Shown piece by piece: positions 62,403-64,000 of a stretch of 64,000 bases of DNA. A model generated the notes under the pieces. The model was not told the DNA's origin, did not search any database, and worked only from the letters and a program-made list of their open reading frames with translations. How positions within the stretch are numbered: position 1 is the stretch's first letter; every line of letters begins with the position of its first letter. The stretch comes from an uncultured delta proteobacterium (lineage in GTDB: Bacteria; Myxococcota; B64-G9), in assembly GCA_963754925.1 (NCBI GenBank), contig CAVWHX010000007.1, positions 128,001-192,000 of the forward strand, in the 5' to 3' direction. A program made the translations under genes and the position numbers.

Positions 62403-62689
62403 GATAGATGCCCCCTTTTTTTGACTGAGTTCGCATTTTTTCAATGTCCCCCGACGTTCGTGGTAACCATAGCACACTTTATTGTTTTTAGCTAAATTTT
62501 CAGTCGAACAGGATCTATGCCATCCAAAGAAATAAATGAATGTTTTTTGCTGCCATTTGCATTCAAAATATTTATTAATCGAATGGTACTTGGACTGGGC
62601 TGGGGCACCTTGGCTGGGGGAGCGCCTATATCGTCCAACTGAGGATATACTCACTCTTAGGCTTACCTTCGCCGATAGAAACCTCGATT

Positions 62690-63186
62690 TCAAAGTTGGT
62701 ATTTGTTGCTCCTAAGAGCTTTAAAATCGATAAGCCACCAACCTTTAAGGGTCAGCTCAAAGATTCTTTGTTGTTTTTCAAAACCAACATAGGTTAGGAG
62801 AACCTTCCCTTTTGCAATTGAGGTGATTGTAGCAGTCACATTCTCAAAGTATTGTAGATTTATCGCCCCCAATCGTTCTAAAACTTTTTCTACCGAACCT
62901 AAAGAAATATAAATATGATGTACTCCTTTGATTAATTGCTCGGTGCTTTCTAACGTCTGTTGAGCAATTGCTGATTCATCACCTTTATACACGATCTTGC
63001 ATACTTGTTCAAGCCAATGTACATAACTATCGAGAGGGTAAAACTTGCTTGCGAGAAGCGTCTCGTTAAATATTTTTCGATCTTCTTATTAAGCGCATTA
63101 ATCATTAAATTGACTGCCGCTCGACCAAACTTATCTAAGACATAATTCTTCGACGCCAGTAAACCCGCTCCTTTTAATTTAACCAT
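62690..63186 (-). pseudogene. Hypothetical protein, frameshifted
   Basis: RBS GGGGGAG before MVKLKGAGLL at 63186; continues in another frame to 62690. Confidence 0.5.
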
Positions 63187-63395
63187 ATCTCCCCCTTTTA
63201 TGGGTTTGAATCTAAAATGCACTTTTCTTCGTTCATTCTGAGTATAAATATAGATAAAAGTGAGATCAAGAAAACAACTGACATGATGTTTTTAGGTCTT
63301 GACCAGCAACTGCATTTTTCTTATGTTAAACGCCGCTAAAACAACTTCTTCTCAAGAAGAATGGTAGGCGGTGTTTAGTTAGAAGAGGAGGAAAT

Positions 63396-64000
63396 GTGTC
63401 TTCGACAATTTCAAACAGCTATGATGTTATCGTCGTCGGCTGCGGTATAGCAGGATCGGCGGTCGGCGCTCTATTATCAAATAGGGAACGCAAGAAGGTT
63501 CTCATCCTTGAAGCTTCGCCGCACATTGGGGGGCGCGCCATATCTTTCCGGGGAGAGGGTATTACCGACGCCGATGAATTCAGTAAAACGCTCGCCATGT
63601 CGGCTCATTCCTGAGTTAGCGAGAGGACTGAACCGGATCTTCCCACGCTTATAAAAAAGAAGATGCTCCATGGATATGTCCTCGAAGCCGGCGGCCGGGG
63701 CGCCTGGTACACCAACCGGGGGCGCGTGAGCCACGCCCTGGCGCTATTTAACAAGGCTTCAATCTTTTATCCCAATTCAGGCTTTGTGTGGTACGACCAT
63801 GCCGGGAAGCCGTACATCGTCGATAGAAGATCGAAATATGGTTGGATGAGCGATGAAGATTATGCTGAGATGGTGAAAGTCCATAAACGCAAGCTCCAGG
63901 TACATACCATAGCCGAGGCGGAAAAACTCGACCACGTGACCCTGAAAGACTGGGTGGAAGGGATAACTCAAAACGAACTCGCGCGAGAATTCCACTATGG
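63396..64000 (+). CDS. FAD-dependent oxidoreductase (phytoene-dehydrogenase-like N-terminus), in-frame TGA at 63612, runs off window
   Basis: YDVIVVGCGIAGS...ILEASPHIGGRA; the frame stays open after the TGA to the window end. Confidence 0.75.

Noticed and set aside
63612..63614. In-frame TGA as selenocysteine or recoding
   Set aside because: No Cys-type catalytic context or evident SECIS hairpin, and TGA is a normal stop elsewhere in the window; a TGG error or mutation is more likely.

Overview
Bacterial DNA. Gene content and order (yceD-rpmF-fabD-acpP-rpiB-nrdR-rib-nusB, PilZ, TPR and Cys-rich lipoproteins) suggest Myxococcota or a related deltaproteobacterium; this is an inference. The window has two parts. 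(1) Positions 1-34.9 kb are an accessory island ending about 95 bp from the 3' end of tRNA-Ala(CGC). At that end sits a 1.39-kb IS encoding an rve/DDE integrase-core transposase (33496-34886). To its left are at least nine complete (about 240 bp) or partial non-coding derivatives of that element's ends, all in the same orientation. They separate unrelated cargo segments of visibly different GC content: an RHS toxin/immunity array, an aldehyde dehydrogenase, GH44 and propeller lipoproteins, asnB, feoAB-feoC, Imm1, Imm27 and an acetyl-CoA hydrolase-GNAT fusion. Several cargo genes are cut almost exactly at the element termini. This looks like a DDE-transposase/MITE-built gene-cassette array, integron-like in layout but with no IntI or attC, and is the main candidate for an undescribed system. 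IS481, IS3 and IS1182 elements, an IS66 fragment and a tRNA-Arg att remnant also lie in the island. (2) Positions 35-59.3 kb are core genome (TPR proteins, PHP, riboflavin operon, nrdR, rpiB, acpP, fabD, rpmF, tRNA-Arg, acyl-CoA dehydrogenase, lipA, recG, greA), followed by a small accessory patch with an MNT-HEPN pair. Many single-base frameshifts, including in core genes, suggest sequencing error, so pseudogene calls are tentative. All calls come from reading the sequence by eye; no searches were run.
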